This document shows positions 1 through 9,389 of a stretch of DNA of 64,000 nucleotides, piece after piece. Origin of the DNA: a virus (Duplodnaviria; Caudoviricetes); the IMG/VR virus record IMGVR_UViG_3300032327_000792. The stretch is one strand, 5' to 3'. Under the pieces are notes generated by a model. That model was given only the letters and a program-made list of their open reading frames with translations, was not told the origin of the DNA and ran no database searches. The position numbers and the translations under genes were made by a program. Numbering within the stretch: the first letter of the stretch is position 1; each line of letters starts with the position of its first letter.

Positions 1-198
1 GACATCGCCAAACACATCGTCCCAATCATTGGCATACTGTTCAATGTCAATTTTGTTTTGTTTGAAGTATTCGTAAGTAGCACGATCCACCTTGCCGGCA
101 TAGGATTCGCCACCGTAGCCACCAATGTAGATTGTGTAGGTTCGTGGTGTAAATTTAAGAGTTTGAATCAACTCTTCATGCTGTTTTTTAGTTGCCAT
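1..198 (-). CDS. Hypothetical phage protein, runs off the left edge (MATKKQHEELIQTLKFTPRTYTIYIGGYGGE...)
   Basis: Hand-translated open frame from ATG at 198 to base 1 (66 codons, no stop), purine-rich AAGGAAAG upstream; not in ORF track. Confidence 0.7.
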   Translation of the reverse strand, partial: MATKKQHEELIQTLKFTPRTYTIYIGGYGGESYAGKVDRATYEYFKQNKIDIEQYANDWDDVFGDV

Positions 199-316
199 CA
201 ATGCTTTCCTTGTAAATCTGCCCAACTTGGGCAATGTCATCAACCTACATATTTGCTCTTTTTAAATAGCTGTTTGATCCGCCACTTGATATAGTGTAGC
301 CATTCTTTTCTATGAA

Positions 317-418
317 TCATTTATCTTCTCCAAACCGATCTATAAAACAATCTACAATTTTGTCTATAATTAATACACCAACTATGGCCGCTAGTATCAA
401 TATAATGTATGCTAACAT
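317..418 (-). CDS. Putative 33-aa single-TM microprotein (MLAYIILILAAIVGVLIIDKIVDCFIDRFGEDK)
   Basis: Hand translation; hydrophobic N-half; stop overlaps the ATG of a 26-aa ORF (240..320) in an ATGA junction. Confidence 0.4.
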   Translation of the reverse strand: MLAYIILILAAIVGVLIIDKIVDCFIDRFGEDK

Positions 419-438
419 AAATTCAATATCCTGTCAAA

Positions 439-1845
439 TTAAATTTTGTCACCGGCTTCAAAATCTCTAAAGCGTAAAAATCTTGGAAACCTTAGCGAGT
501 ATGATCCGTCTTGGTTTTGCGTAACTGCATCAGCTTGGACTTCAACCAAGTGACCAACAATGGAATCCCGACCGGACCAGAAAACATCCCTATTGCTATC
601 AGACAAACCACTGCCCACATTAACATGAATGTGTCGTTCATTATCAACTCCTTCACAAATTAGTGCGCCTAAACGTCCGGCATTACGACCTGTACCTTCT
701 TCCATACCAATCACCGTTAGGTCTACACTGATGGTTGGTTTCCACTTCATCCAAAAACTACTGCGTCTACATTCATATGGCGCATCCAAGTCCTTGATCA
801 TGATTCCTTCAAATCCATCTGCCACAGCATCATCTGCAAACCTACGCATTTGATCATGTCCCTCGGCAGTGTCCAAATCAACTTCAAATCCAGGCATAAC
901 TTGTAGGCCAGTTTCGGTTTCAATCTTACTACGATTGTTCATTAACCATGCCGTACGCTTGTGTTGTTGTGCGTTCCAATATCCACGTTCAAAATCCTCA
1001 AATGGCATGGCATCGAAGATACAGTAAGTCATACCTTCAGTTTCAACATCACTTTTACGCTGTGCTTGGCGCATCAAGGCTTGAAAACTTTCACCGATGA
1101 TCTCACCATCCAACACAATCCGACCACCATAGGTTGGTGTAAGATGTTTGGCCACACGTCGAATTGATTCCTGAATCTGCGGAAAGTTATCAAAGGGTTT
1201 GCCGTTGCGGCTGTACAAGTTTACTGCGGTACCATGAATAATTGCCAGTACACGCACTCCGTCCAGTTTCTTCTCAATCAGCTTGCGTCCCTTGAGCTTG
1301 CTTTGATGATCATTGGAATCTGTAGCCAACTGGCATGAGAACACAGGAATCTTCCATTCTGTTTTGCCCAACACCTTGTTTAGAGTCTTTTCCGAAATAC
1401 CACAGCGTAGATCTTTGATCAGGACTCTACGAGCAAGTCCGTTCCACTCCTCAGAGTCAAACTGTTGTGCTATGTCTTGAATAGCATCTCTAGCATTGTG
1501 TCCTGTGACACTACGAGTTCTCAGTGATTCAAGCAAGCCCCAGAATCGAGGCCATGGGTTTGCGGCATTCTTGATATCTTGGGTTTCCAATACTTGTTTG
1601 ACGCCAAACACATAATAGGGGTTGTAGGCCTGGTAGCAGTTGAACAAAAAGGATTGAGCATTGAGACTGCCCAACTTCGAGGCCATTAATGCTTTCTCGA
1701 TCACTTTCTCTTTGTGTAATCTGCTGTCGCTTGATTCTAGGTCTCTGATCCAGTCCGCGGCCAACTTTAGTCCTTTGCATTCATGTACTCGTGTTTGAAA
1801 TGAGTCATTCATATATTTACTACCAGCTTGAATTATAAAATACAC
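439..1845 (-). CDS. lig: ATP-dependent DNA ligase
   Basis: Motif I KKLDGVR, motif III LDGE, motif IV EGIMIK, motif V KWKP, C-terminal OB fold with SLRFPRF; real start may be MNDSF (~1812). Confidence 0.95.
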   Translation of the reverse strand: MYFIIQAGSKYMNDSFQTRVHECKGLKLAADWIRDLESSDSRLHKEKVIEKALMASKLGSLNAQSFLFNCYQAYNPYYVFGVKQVLETQDIKNAANPWPRFWGLLESLRTRSVTGHNARDAIQDIAQQFDSEEWNGLARRVLIKDLRCGISEKTLNKVLGKTEWKIPVFSCQLATDSNDHQSKLKGRKLIEKKLDGVRVLAIIHGTAVNLYSRNGKPFDNFPQIQESIRRVAKHLTPTYGGRIVLDGEIIGESFQALMRQAQRKSDVETEGMTYCIFDAMPFEDFERGYWNAQQHKRTAWLMNNRSKIETETGLQVMPGFEVDLDTAEGHDQMRRFADDAVADGFEGIMIKDLDAPYECRRSSFWMKWKPTISVDLTVIGMEEGTGRNAGRLGALICEGVDNERHIHVNVGSGLSDSNRDVFWSGRDSIVGHLVEVQADAVTQNQDGSYSLRFPRFLRFRDFEAGDKI

Positions 1846-2230
1846 GCAGTCCTAAAAACAGTTCTGCACGAGCTTGTCGGACGAATTCTAAATCTTGGGT
1901 ACGATAGTAATCGTCGGCACCTTCACCAAAGAAGAATCCCGAAGTTCTTGGGAAATCTCCATTGACCACCGCCGACTCCAGGCGTTCCAACATATCCCAA
2001 TCGATTTCCAACTGGTCACCGTTGAAGTCACCAGTGTTGCCTTGGTCTAGCCATTCCTTGTGGAACCATCCGTGTAAATTTGGATGCTTTCGCCAGTATG
2101 CTAGTTCTTTGGGTTTGGTTACTGTTGCACTAACAAATTCTTTTGAATCTTTGTCAAGCTCGCAGGAGTCCCAATATTCTCCATACTGTTTCTCGCTGGC
2201 GGCTGCATAAGCATACATGTCCAGACCCAT
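1820..2230 (-). CDS. Conserved phage hypothetical protein (MGLDMY...YWRKHP)
   Basis: ORF; GLDMY and YWRK motifs typical of small phage proteins. Confidence 0.7.
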   Translation of the reverse strand: MGLDMYAYAAASEKQYGEYWDSCELDKDSKEFVSATVTKPKELAYWRKHPNLHGWFHKEWLDQGNTGDFNGDQLEIDWDMLERLESAVVNGDFPRTSGFFFGEGADDYYRTQDLEFVRQARAELFLGLRVFYNSSW

Positions 2231-2231
2231 A

Positions 2232-2420
2232 TTATTGCTCCATCACAGCTTTGAGAACTTCTTGAACTTGTGGGAAGCCTTTGCGTTCTTCACGACGTAC
2301 CAGTTCTTCGATCATGTCGGCCTGCATGTCATGTAGACCCGACACAAATGTCATGATGTCTTCTCTTTTCATGATATATTTGAGTCCCATGATCTTTTTT
2401 GGTTCTTTGCTGTATTCCAT
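2232..2420 (-). CDS. Hypothetical protein
   Basis: ORF tightly packed between neighbours, GGGGAC RBS-like sequence upstream. Confidence 0.55.
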   Translation of the reverse strand: MEYSKEPKKIMGLKYIMKREDIMTFVSGLHDMQADMIEELVRREERKGFPQVQEVLKAVMEQ

Positions 2421-2429
2421 ATTGTCCCC

Positions 2430-2696
2430 TTAGTCCCAACTCTTTTTGTCGCCGTGCAATTCATTCCATTCGTAGCCAGCTAGGTACTCAGCTACTTCGT
2501 CTGCTGTCAAATTGACCACTGCTGTGCCGTTGTAGCTACCTGTCGGATGCCAATGCGGTGCAGGTGGTCGACTGTAATAACTGTCTGCTGATCCGCGATC
2601 AAACAACCCACCGTGACGTTTACGATCAAACTGTGGACCACGCAAAGCTCTGACCACTGCTTGTTGTTCTTTTTCATCCAATATCTGCAAGTACAT
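2430..2696 (-). CDS. Hypothetical early protein
   Basis: ORF with AGGAG RBS directly downstream of a sigma70 promoter. Confidence 0.75.
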   Translation of the reverse strand: MYLQILDEKEQQAVVRALRGPQFDRKRHGGLFDRGSADSYYSRPPAPHWHPTGSYNGTAVVNLTADEVAEYLAGYEWNELHGDKKSWD

Positions 2697-2726
2697 ATTT
2701 GCTCCTAAATTCTAACTATATGTAAT

Positions 2727-2755
2727 ATTATACTGTTTTGGGTATTTCTGGTCAA
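2727..2755 (-). promoter_or_regulatory. sigma70-type early promoter TTGACC-17-TATAAT
   Basis: Minus strand GGTTGACCAGAAATACCCAAAACAGTATAAT, followed by AGGAG and ATG at 2696. Confidence 0.9.
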
Positions 2756-2919
2756 CCGCCTGCTAAGTCATTGATTTTGATGGCGAAATTCACGCTTTAA
2801 CCAGTATTTGAACTTGTTAAAATATTCCTGTTGGCTAAGTGGTTGCTCATTGAACGCATCACGCTCGCGACAGTTTTCCTGCCAAAGTTGGCGCAACCAA
2901 GATCTAAATTCAGTGTTTT

Positions 2920-3174
2920 TCATACCGCACCCAGATATGGTGAGTAAACTTCTTCAGGAGCCTCAACAAAATCAAAAGCATATTTGCCTGTGTCGCCAAT
3001 AGCAGTAACTTGCACTGTACCTACTCCCAATGATTGACTGAGTCTGTGAAACACTGTGCGAGCTTGACCTTCGTTGATAGGACTCACGAACAAACATCCG
3101 TTGTAGAACTCAGTTCGGACTGATTCATTTGTAAGGGCAGTTTTAACTATTTGACTTACACAAGTTTCAAACAT
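2920..3174 (-). CDS. Hypothetical early protein
   Basis: ORF with AGGAG RBS downstream of a sigma70 promoter. Confidence 0.75.
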   Translation of the reverse strand: MFETCVSQIVKTALTNESVRTEFYNGCLFVSPINEGQARTVFHRLSQSLGVGTVQVTAIGDTGKYAFDFVEAPEEVYSPYLGAV

Positions 3175-3205
3175 AACTTCTCCTGATGTTTAACTTTATA
3201 ACAAT

Positions 3206-3234
3206 ATTATAGCAAAACGGGTATTTCTGGTCAA
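3206..3234 (-). promoter_or_regulatory. sigma70-type early promoter TTGACC-17-TATAAT
   Basis: Shares an exact 18-bp segment (GGGTATTTCTGGTCAACC, 3219-3236) with the promoter at 2740-2757. Confidence 0.9.
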
Positions 3235-3239
3235 CCATG

Positions 3240-3262
3240 AAAAACCCCTAGTAATAGGGGTT
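3240..3262 (-). terminator. Rho-independent terminator
   Basis: Perfect 8-bp stem AACCCCTA/TAGGGGTT, 4-nt loop, U-tract on the minus strand. Confidence 0.85.
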
Positions 3263-3288
3263 GTAAGTTGTTGATTTGTAACAGTTTT

Positions 3289-3513
3289 TTATTGTACGGG
3301 ACCTGTAGTGTCTATTGGATGTACCCGATCACGTCTACTGACCACATCGTCAACAATTTGTTTGTACTCTTCAGGATCCAGTACTGTTTTGTAGATACGC
3401 ATTCCCATGACCATCAATACCGCGGCCAACGCTAGAGAATCGTGTTCTTCCAACAATGTAGCAGTGACTCTGCCCACTACATCATACACATCTGCAACCT
3501 TGTCGTCGTTCAT
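3289..3513 (-). CDS. Hypothetical protein
   Basis: ORF overlapping upstream stop (ATGA), ends before terminator. Confidence 0.7.
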   Translation of the reverse strand: MNDDKVADVYDVVGRVTATLLEEHDSLALAAVLMVMGMRIYKTVLDPEEYKQIVDDVVSRRDRVHPIDTTGPVQ

Positions 3514-3662
3514 TTCTTAAGATCCTTATCGAACAAACTGTTTATAACGCTGGTCCAATAACGTAACCAAAGTTTGGTTTGTTGTTCTTGATACTGAACC
3601 CAAGGACTCCATGGGTTTGCCGGAGGTTGCTGCTTTGGTTGATTATTGTTTTGTTCTGACAT
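3510..3662 (-). CDS. Small hypothetical protein (MSEQNNNQPKQQ...)
   Basis: Start moved to 3662, downstream of the consensus promoter and AGAAAG RBS. Confidence 0.6.
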   Translation of the reverse strand: MSEQNNNQPKQQPPANPWSPWVQYQEQQTKLWLRYWTSVINSLFDKDLKK

Positions 3663-3689
3663 AAGGTTCTTTCTAAATTCTATATTGTG

Positions 3690-3718
3690 ATTATAGCAAG
3701 AAAAATTCAATTTGTCAA
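3690..3718 (-). promoter_or_regulatory. Consensus sigma70 promoter TTGACA-17-TATAAT
   Basis: Minus strand TTGACAAATTGAATTTTTCTTGCTATAAT. Confidence 0.9.
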
Positions 3719-4710
3719 ATAATTTTTTGACTAGTTGCTTGTGCTACTGTATATTGACCGGTTCCTAAATCAGCCTGTGGTTCGGCAACTTCGTCACTGA
3801 CAATGATATCAGTGGTAATACCTGCGGCACTTAATCTGTTTTGATTTCTGGCTTCTCGCATGGTACTGATTATTGCTTGCCCGCCTTGTGTGTTGGTTGC
3901 CAAACTTTGCATGATATAAGCAGCTCCGCCTTCTGTGGTATCAAGGCCATTACTAGCCAAACCAGTTACCAAACCCATTGGTGTCATACCAACAACCAAA
4001 TCTGCCAGTACTACGTCGGCCAAAGCAAGATTGGTGATTTCGAGAGCAATCTGCGCAGACATGTTGTTAAAATCAGTTGTGGTCTGTGCTACATTGGCAC
4101 TGTTGCTTGATATAATAGGTGCCACTGCTGACAACATCGCTGGTGTTAGCCCATTATCAAATGCCAACTGTATAGATGCAGATGCACTATTAGCAGTGTA
4201 AGTTCCGGCGCCGGGCAAGCCACCTGGAATGGTAGTGGTACAACTAAGCACTGGAGGAGGTCCTGGATCTACTTCCGAACATACTGTATATGCGCCAGAA
4301 GCAGTTGTTGCCATCACAGTATACACCCCTGTGGTTGAATTGGTTAATGTAGAGAATGCTCCAGCCGTGGTCATGGCAGTTAAGACAGCAGTGGTGTTGG
4401 CCAATGCTTCGTTGTGTACCCATCCTGTGGGAGTACCAATAAAATCTGTCAGCAAAAACAATCCATCCTCACCAGTGCCAGTGGAGAAGGTAGTAGTAAA
4501 ATATGCTAGCACGTTGGCCGGCAATGGCTCTGTCAATGCGTTAATTAAGTCTAGACCTACATTGGATTCTAATCTTGCAGTTGCTTTGGCAACCAATGGC
4601 AACGAACTATCAAAAATTGTTTTGATTTGTTCAAAAGCAGCTTGCAATGCTTTGTTAGACAATGCCTGATCTGCAGGAATAATCTGTCGTAACTGACTGT
4701 AGGTGCTCAT
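3715..4710 (-). CDS. Putative virion (tail/baseplate) protein
   Basis: Ala/Thr/Gly-rich, translationally coupled in a run with the PAAR gene. Confidence 0.5.
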   Translation of the reverse strand: MSTYSQLRQIIPADQALSNKALQAAFEQIKTIFDSSLPLVAKATARLESNVGLDLINALTEPLPANVLAYFTTTFSTGTGEDGLFLLTDFIGTPTGWVHNEALANTTAVLTAMTTAGAFSTLTNSTTGVYTVMATTASGAYTVCSEVDPGPPPVLSCTTTIPGGLPGAGTYTANSASASIQLAFDNGLTPAMLSAVAPIISSNSANVAQTTTDFNNMSAQIALEITNLALADVVLADLVVGMTPMGLVTGLASNGLDTTEGGAAYIMQSLATNTQGGQAIISTMREARNQNRLSAAGITTDIIVSDEVAEPQADLGTGQYTVAQATSQKII

Positions 4711-5681
4711 AATGCGTTGTTTCCTTGATTCTGCAAAGGATTGCCTTGCAACGGAGCCAATACACTGGCTGGCAACGATGTTGCCAAATTTGAATTTACT
4801 GATCCGGCTGTGTCTATATAGATGCCTCGTAGACCGTTGGCGGTAGGAGCTGTCAATGTTATGTAACTGCGAGGAAATATCTTGTAGGGATTCAACAGGT
4901 CAGCCATAGTGGCGATACCAGCAGTGGTCACTCTCAACAACTTTAAAATCTGTGCAAGATCTGTTCCGGTCACTGTGGTCATGGCCTGATAAATTAGTTT
5001 TTGTTCAGCCGGAGTAAAGGTTGTGGTACCAATGTTGTCAATGGCATCTTGGCTTATTCCCACACCCAATAAAGCTGTTGTTAGGCCCGGAGTCGGATAG
5101 CTCAATGTTGCTACTTGTTCCAACAATGCTGCTGGACTACCTAAATTATTCAAGTTGTTCAAATCAATCAGCACACCCAGTTGTGCTACATCCGCACTGA
5201 ACGCTGCAAAGGCCTGAGTAACATCACTGAACCCACCAGTGATGGTGTTGTCCTGACTGGTAAATCCTGTGACCACATTTGGATCGTTGGCGTTAATTGT
5301 ACTTTTAATAAGTTGATTGGCCTGCGCCTGGTATCCACTGGCAGAGTTAAATATTTGTTCAAACTGACCTAGATCCCCGTTGCCCAAGATGTTACCAGAC
5401 TGCGTGTTGATTTTTCCAGTCATTGTGCCCGTTCCCAAAGAACCTTGATAGGCAGTGGGAATGGCGTTGGTCAATGCAGGAAAGGTATTGGCCACAACGT
5501 TGACAGAAATGTATCCAGTGCCGGCGATGGCGGCAAATTGACTTACTACGGGAACACTAGTATAGGCACTGATGTTGCTGGTAAGCTGAGCATTGGCTTG
5601 AATGGCAACTCCGCCAATGTTGCCCAGTATGCCGGCACCCGCAATAAGATTAACAGAACTTAATGTTCCAAGAATAGTCAT
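4707..5681 (-). CDS. Putative virion (tail/baseplate) protein
   Basis: Ala/Thr/Gly/Asn-rich, start overlaps PAAR stop. Confidence 0.5.
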   Translation of the reverse strand: MTILGTLSSVNLIAGAGILGNIGGVAIQANAQLTSNISAYTSVPVVSQFAAIAGTGYISVNVVANTFPALTNAIPTAYQGSLGTGTMTGKINTQSGNILGNGDLGQFEQIFNSASGYQAQANQLIKSTINANDPNVVTGFTSQDNTITGGFSDVTQAFAAFSADVAQLGVLIDLNNLNNLGSPAALLEQVATLSYPTPGLTTALLGVGISQDAIDNIGTTTFTPAEQKLIYQAMTTVTGTDLAQILKLLRVTTAGIATMADLLNPYKIFPRSYITLTAPTANGLRGIYIDTAGSVNSNLATSLPASVLAPLQGNPLQNQGNNAL

Positions 5682-5968
5682 TAACCAACCCTGACATTTC
5701 TGCTGCCACTGCTACTTCTTCCGTGTGCGCAGGTATCTTTATCACCGCCGGTCAACAATGGTTTACCATTGACCAACACACTTCGACTACCCCCACGAGT
5801 ACTAGCCGCACAATGTTGTGGAGCTTTTTTACTACATGGAGGATGTGGAGTAACAGAACTTCCGGGAGATGCTGCCGGACGACCGTTAATCAAAACAGAA
5901 CTATCGCCGGATTTAATAAGTCCGCCGCCCTGATTTGGATCGCCTTTTCTCTGTGCTCCACCTGCCAT
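5681..5968 (-). CDS. PAAR-repeat spike tip protein (T4 gp5.4-like)
   Basis: SVLINGRPAA and SVLVNGKP repeats, His/Cys zinc ligands (HPPC, HC, TCAH), ends NVRVG. Confidence 0.9.
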   Translation of the reverse strand: MAGGAQRKGDPNQGGGLIKSGDSSVLINGRPAASPGSSVTPHPPCSKKAPQHCAASTRGGSRSVLVNGKPLLTGGDKDTCAHGRSSSGSRNVRVG

Positions 5969-5971
5969 TGA

Positions 5972-6274
5972 TTATCCCATTAAAATTTTACTGCTCACAG
6001 GCTTGATACCTGTGGTTGCTTCAATGTAGCTGTCACGTACTTCATCACGTGCTAGAGCAACCATTGAACATGCTGTTTTATTTAGTGTCATGGTTTTGTC
6101 AGGATTTGCTGTGAACAAGCTCATGATCATTTGAATGCCTTGTGGTCCGGGTACCACTGTCAGTGGCTTGTTGATCAAAAAGTTGCCTTGTTCGTCAACG
6201 TCAATTACTTTGGTTACAATTTCGTCACCATTAGAAATTTTGATTGTGTAAATTAGTTCTTTTTCGAGTTGCAT
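5972..6274 (-). CDS. Conserved T4-like hypothetical protein (small beta-rich fold)
   Basis: IKISNGDEIVTKV N-terminus common in T4-like phage small proteins. Confidence 0.65.
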   Translation of the reverse strand: MQLEKELIYTIKISNGDEIVTKVIDVDEQGNFLINKPLTVVPGPQGIQMIMSLFTANPDKTMTLNKTACSMVALARDEVRDSYIEATTGIKPVSSKILMG

Positions 6275-6275
6275 A

Positions 6276-6500
6276 CTATCCTTGTAAATGTTTTTGAAGT
6301 TCTATAAATCCGCCAATTAATTCGTTATCTAAGAAAATTTGCGGAACTGTTCGTGCTGTGGGTACTGCTTCTAATAAATCTTCTCGAGTAAATTCGTGTC
6401 CAATCCGTTTTTCTTCAAACTCAATACCTTTTAATTTGAGCAGATTTTTGGCCTGATCGCAGAAAGGACAGGAGTCTTTTGACCATACTATTGCTTTCAT
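6276..6500 (-). CDS. nrdC: Glutaredoxin (RNR electron donor)
   Basis: CPFC active site, TVPQIF and IGGF motifs; start moved to MKAIVWSK with AGGAG RBS. Confidence 0.95.
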   Translation of the reverse strand: MKAIVWSKDSCPFCDQAKNLLKLKGIEFEEKRIGHEFTREDLLEAVPTARTVPQIFLDNELIGGFIELQKHLQG

Positions 6501-6519
6501 ATTTTTCTCCTGTGCGCTA

Positions 6520-7620
6520 TTATAAACTGGGCAATGCGTTGTAGTCAAGTGTATCGGACATTATTCCGATTACATAATTGGTTGACTCATTTTCCTGCAA
6601 TGCAGTTTGTTTGTTTGAAGTATTGACGTGTTTGTTGAACCACGGGATTGGTGTTGACTTTGGCGCCGGTGTTTGATACTTGATGCCAATTTCTTTGAGT
6701 GCGCCCACTGCTGTGTAGTCCACAAAGTCCTTGAGAATAGCGGCGTTGAGGCCAATCACAGGGCCTCGGTTGAACAAATAGTCTGCCCATGATTTTTCTT
6801 CGCGAATCACATCTGCATACATGGCATAGACTTCTGCTTCACACTCCGCTTTGGCTGCCAAGAAGCGTGGATCCTCTTTGACCACCTGATTGATCAAGAA
6901 TGCTGTCCAATCTTTGTGTAAAATTTCGTCTTGTAGAATCAAGCTGATGATGTTGCCGTTGCCGATAAAAATACGATTCTCTACCATGGCCAAACTGGTG
7001 GCAAACGATACCATAAAGCGGAATGCTTCCAGTCCGTAGCTGGCATTGAGCGCCAACCAAATTGCTCTAATGTGTTCGCGCTCGTCGATTGTTTCCCCAG
7101 CTTCTTTTCTACAGTTAATCACGTGTAGGTCGTCGTAGTAGCGACCAATACTGGAAGCCATGTTGATAATTTCTTGGGTGTCGTGAATTGTGTTGAACAC
7201 ATCTTTTGGCACATTGTAAACGTTACGAATAATGTGACTGTATGAACGACTGTGAATATTGGTTTCAAAGAATGTCCAGTTGTAGACCAACGCTTCTAGT
7301 TCTGGCAAACTGATCACAGGTGTAAAAATTTGGCTTGGACCACGACCTTGTAAACTGTCCAGTGCTGTTTGACGCAACAGGTTTGATGTAAAAATATGAC
7401 GCACTGTTTCAGATGCATCTTTGAAATCTGCTGCATCCTTGGTCAATGATACTTCTTCGGGTACCCAAAAGAAACCACGGGCCTCTTGTTCAAATTTTAC
7501 AATCTTGTTGTACTTGACTTCTTCAAAGCGTTGAATGGTCACAGGACCGGCGGGATCCAGGAACATCTTGCGTTGCAGATAATCTGTTTTTGTTGTTAGG
7601 TTATATTGTTGTTTGCTCAT
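6520..7620 (-). CDS. nrdB: Ribonucleotide reductase class Ia beta subunit
   Basis: FWVPEEV, LDSLQGR, ETNIHSRSY (radical Tyr), LEAFRF and QDEILH di-iron ligands. Confidence 0.97.
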   Translation of the reverse strand: MSKQQYNLTTKTDYLQRKMFLDPAGPVTIQRFEEVKYNKIVKFEQEARGFFWVPEEVSLTKDAADFKDASETVRHIFTSNLLRQTALDSLQGRGPSQIFTPVISLPELEALVYNWTFFETNIHSRSYSHIIRNVYNVPKDVFNTIHDTQEIINMASSIGRYYDDLHVINCRKEAGETIDEREHIRAIWLALNASYGLEAFRFMVSFATSLAMVENRIFIGNGNIISLILQDEILHKDWTAFLINQVVKEDPRFLAAKAECEAEVYAMYADVIREEKSWADYLFNRGPVIGLNAAILKDFVDYTAVGALKEIGIKYQTPAPKSTPIPWFNKHVNTSNKQTALQENESTNYVIGIMSDTLDYNALPSL

Positions 7621-8762
7621 AATTTTTCTTCGATTAAATTAGATAAGTTAGTGCCACGAATATTATCCAGTGTTAACAAATATTCGTCTCTTTGATTTTT
7701 CAATACTGGATCAAACTTGTATTTTTTTAACTCTTGTATTGTTTGGTCTACTATGTGTTGATTGGTTGTAGAAGCTATCTGCAACAATTCATTCATAAAG
7801 TTATTGACAATATCTGGTTCAATACTATTTATTGTGAGATAATCAGGATTGGTTAACACTGTACTGCCTATAGACAGTTGATGTTTGTCGCACCATTGTA
7901 TCACTGGTATCAACGTCTTTACACTAAAACATTGCAACACATAATTAATATTAAAATACACATTTGGCAAGGCACTTAACCTCAATGCATTGGACTCGAC
8001 CGCGTTCCAAGATGAAAGAAATCTAATTTCATTGTTATCACTGCCAATGCCATCTAGGCTTACGCTTATCCAGGCCTGTTTGAATTTTTCAAGTGTGTTT
8101 AAAAATTCAGTATTGAGTTTGGTAGCATTGGTAGTTATGCTTATTGTTACCAACTCAGGATTTGGTATTTCGTTCAACAAATTTATCACATATGGAATCA
8201 TAGTAGGTTCGCCGCCGGTGAATTTGATCCATCGTGCTTGTGATTTAAATTTGTCAAGAAAATTTTTAAATTCTTCAGAATCTGGCCAATTATAATTTGC
8301 GTCGGTATTTGGAATATTGTAGTAATCTAGATTTTTAAATGTATCAAGATGAATTTTGTATTCGGACATTAATTGGCTTGACGAATGACCGTTACACATT
8401 ACGCATTTTAAATTGCACAAATTACCTAATTTAAAATCAAATGTAGTTACAGTATCATCAACTATCCAATCTTTATTTAATTTTGAAAAATCAAAATATT
8501 TTGAAAACTCAGCATTGTAAATCTTTCGTAAACTTTTTTTCCCATTGTCTTCATCATTCCAACATTGAGAACAAGATTTTATTTTAGTTCCATTGTGCAA
8601 ATCCTTGCGAACTTCTTGCATCTCGACTGAATTAATCCAGTTATCAAATTGAGTAAAATAATACTCATCGGAACCCTTCCACACACAGCATGGCGTTAAT
8701 TTACCAGTCGGAGTCACGCAGGTATGTGTCCAGGGAGCAATACAAAAAGTTTTAGAGTTCAC
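7617..8762 (-). CDS. Radical SAM protein with N-terminal auxiliary Fe-S (twitch/SPASM-like) motif
   Basis: CNLKCVMC, GGEP, N-terminal CIAPW...PCC...CSQC. Confidence 0.9.
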   Translation of the reverse strand: MNSKTFCIAPWTHTCVTPTGKLTPCCVWKGSDEYYFTQFDNWINSVEMQEVRKDLHNGTKIKSCSQCWNDEDNGKKSLRKIYNAEFSKYFDFSKLNKDWIVDDTVTTFDFKLGNLCNLKCVMCNGHSSSQLMSEYKIHLDTFKNLDYYNIPNTDANYNWPDSEEFKNFLDKFKSQARWIKFTGGEPTMIPYVINLLNEIPNPELVTISITTNATKLNTEFLNTLEKFKQAWISVSLDGIGSDNNEIRFLSSWNAVESNALRLSALPNVYFNINYVLQCFSVKTLIPVIQWCDKHQLSIGSTVLTNPDYLTINSIEPDIVNNFMNELLQIASTTNQHIVDQTIQELKKYKFDPVLKNQRDEYLLTLDNIRGTNLSNLIEEKL

Positions 8763-8837
8763 AAATAATTAGTCCGATTGTAATGGTTAAGATATAAAAT
8801 AATAAAGCATACCAGCAATCTGTCTGCTTTGATTGCT

Positions 8838-8867
8838 ATTATAGCATGTTTTCAGACTAGTTGCCAA
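8838..8867 (-). promoter_or_regulatory. sigma70-type promoter with extended -10 (TTGGCA-18-TGcTATAAT)
   Basis: In the intergenic gap upstream of the radical SAM gene and nrdB. Confidence 0.65.
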
Positions 8868-8878
8868 CTATGTTTAGT

Positions 8879-9379
8879 TTATTTTCTTACTTCTTTGGTC
8901 GCGTCCGGCCACCATTCTGGATCAGGATCCAGCTTGTTTTTGTACAGTTGTTTGATACGGCGTTCGTATTCTTCTTTGGAGCCTTTGATTCTTTCTGAAA
9001 CCACATCCAACACATAGTTCAATGTTACAGCGTTGGCGCTGAGTGTGGCGCATCTTGCAGTGACTTCATTTTTCAACAAATCCAACAGGATGCTTTCTGA
9101 TGATTCTGCCAGTACACGTACAAAACGTTTGGGCACATGCAGATCTATTGTGCTGTACACATAGTCATAGTGAGGTGCCGGACAACAGTGCAAAATATAT
9201 TCATCTTTGACTTCGATGCGTTTGAATCCATCCTTGTCGTACCACACTGCACGATTGTCGGTGAGTTCGGCTGGTACGCCCAGTTTTTTTGTCAGACTTT
9301 TTACAAGCTCTACAGGCTCTTCGTTGCGCCAGGCCGCAGTGGTGTTTTTTGATTCTAAAAGTATGTCTGATATTTTCAT
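8879..9379 (-). CDS. Hypothetical late protein with capsid-targeting-like N-terminus (MKISDILLES)
   Basis: Start moved to 9379, 4 nt downstream of a TAAATA motif. Confidence 0.6.
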   Translation of the reverse strand: MKISDILLESKNTTAAWRNEEPVELVKSLTKKLGVPAELTDNRAVWYDKDGFKRIEVKDEYILHCCPAPHYDYVYSTIDLHVPKRFVRVLAESSESILLDLLKNEVTARCATLSANAVTLNYVLDVVSERIKGSKEEYERRIKQLYKNKLDPDPEWWPDATKEVRK

Positions 9380-9389
9380 GATGTATTTA

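Noticed and set aside
5681-5968. Type VI secretion or bacterial contractile injection locus
   Set aside because: PAAR sits among phage replication, terminase and head genes with T4-type late motifs; no tss genes are present
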